DNA of 63,861 nucleotides, filler included, from an uncultured Methanosarcinales archaeon (GTDB lineage Archaea; Nanobdellota; Nanobdellia; Woesearchaeales; CAYSVS01): NCBI GenBank assembly GCA_964434475.1. It is 13 parts of 13 records of this genome, joined end to end, with 100 filler letters (N's around TTAATTAATTAA, not from the genome) between each part and the next. Parts side by side here need not be neighbours in the genome. Positions count along the whole stretch, not along the records: positions 59,986 to 63,861 come from CAYSVS010000087.1; 12 more parts are not named here. One strand, 5' to 3'. Shown piece by piece: positions 62,964 to 63,861 of this stretch (position 1 is its first letter; each line of letters starts with the position of its first letter). The notes under the pieces were generated by a model. It saw only the letters and a program-made list of their open reading frames with translations, ran no database searches and was not told where the DNA came from. The position numbers and the translations under genes were made by a program.

Positions 62964-63861
62964 TTATTGCACTTGCCATTCAAAAATTCCAGCTGAATAG
63001 TCTTCCTGTAATTTTACTGATAGTTTTAATGCATCAGTTTTCACTGGCGAAAATGTAACAGAATTCATTGTATCACAATTTGCTGTACAACTTTCATTTT
63101 TCTCTACCTGTTTCCATTCACCAGTTTGAATGTCCCGGTAATAAATATCCCAGTTTTCAGGTACTTTACATCCACCGCCTGGTGTATCATCGTACCAGTA
63201 AACGTCTGTTTTGCTTATTGTTTTAGGTTCCTGGAATTCATATCTAACCCATTCCTCTGTACCTTTGTGATTCCAGAAAGTAAATCTTGGGACTGATCGA
63301 TCACTTGAGGATTCAGGAAGAATGCGATCATTAAGAGCTTTTATTGCATCATGTTCATGAGATACAGTTACTTCACTTGTTGATGCAATTGTTTCAGGTT
63401 TTTCAGGATTTGCAGCTTCTTTTTTATAGGGAAACCATACCAACATCTCGTTTTTACCCCTATGATTCCATGCATAATAAGGGATAAGAGTTAATTTCTT
63501 TTCCTTATCTATAATGTTTCCTTGTTTAGTCTCTTTTAATGATTTTCCTCTTCCTCTGAGGGCAGTGATGCCATCAAAGATTCCCTGCTTGTTCTCTGTT
63601 TCAAAATCTGAATCCAAATCCAGCATCACATTTCTTACATTATTATCATTGTCAACCCCTTCGGCAGCATATACTAAAGGACCTCTTTGTATACAAAATT
63701 TTCCTTGATTTTCTTCTACTTTTTCATGTGCTAAAATTTTTCTTACAGTCATAGGAAATTCTATGCTAATTTCATCACCTTTTTCCCATTTTCTGTTTAT
63801 TGAAGCAAATCCATTTATTAATTCAGGAGAAACTTTCTGGTTATTGATTTTGATAAGAGTT
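62964..63861 (-). CDS. GH127-like beta-L-arabinofuranosidase C-terminus plus discoidin-like domain (5' partial)
   Basis: Frame open to the window edge: GFASINRKWEKGDEI..FPM, QRGPLVY..E, LIPYYAWNHRG..MLVW. Confidence 0.85.
   Translation of the reverse strand, partial: TLIKINNQKVSPELINGFASINRKWEKGDEISIEFPMTVRKILAHEKVEENQGKFCIQRGPLVYAAEGVDNDNNVRNVMLDLDSDFETENKQGIFDGITALRGRGKSLKETKQGNIIDKEKKLTLIPYYAWNHRGKNEMLVWFPYKKEAANPEKPETIASTSEVTVSHEHDAIKALNDRILPESSSDRSVPRFTFWNHKGTEEWVRYEFQEPKTISKTDVYWYDDTPGGGCKVPENWDIYYRDIQTGEWKQVEKNESCTANCDTMNSVTFSPVKTDALKLSVKLQEDYSAGIFEWQVQ

Overview
This window is not one locus. It is 13 assembly contigs in descending length order, joined by artificial 100-nt spacers (N44-TTAATTAATTAA-N44), from at least three organisms. 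Contigs 1-5726, 5827-11424, 11525-16967, 22279-27282, 32420-37032, 41824-46385, 46486-50980 and probably 51081-55480 look like a DPANN archaeon (Woesearchaeota-like). They carry eS1/S3Ae, gyrB, HerA-Mre11, an S-layer protein, ABCE1/RLI, uS7/uS12, translin, initiator tRNA and TATA/BRE promoters, and several share identical IS-end stubs. Contigs 17068-22178, 27383-32319, 55581-59885 and probably 37133-41723 look like an AT-rich intracellular bacterium (Chlamydiae-like, by inference). Contig 59986-63861 is a Bacteroidota-like galactose locus. Main signals: a bacterial-type sigma-70 gene on an archaeal contig; an operon of U-box E3-ligase-mimic genes whose middle gene has a G9 frameshift and a duplicated Cys-motif domain; an IS200/IS605 left end and an orphan TnpB omega-RNA right end at the same TTTAT site of a duplicated GNAT gene; an integron-type attC cassette on an archaeal contig; an initiator tRNA with a 29-nt D-loop intron; a tRNA-Tyr att remnant with arm-like repeats; tandem acidic microproteins upstream of gyrB; and many IS ends that interrupt genes. 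All calls come from reading motifs by eye; no searches were run.
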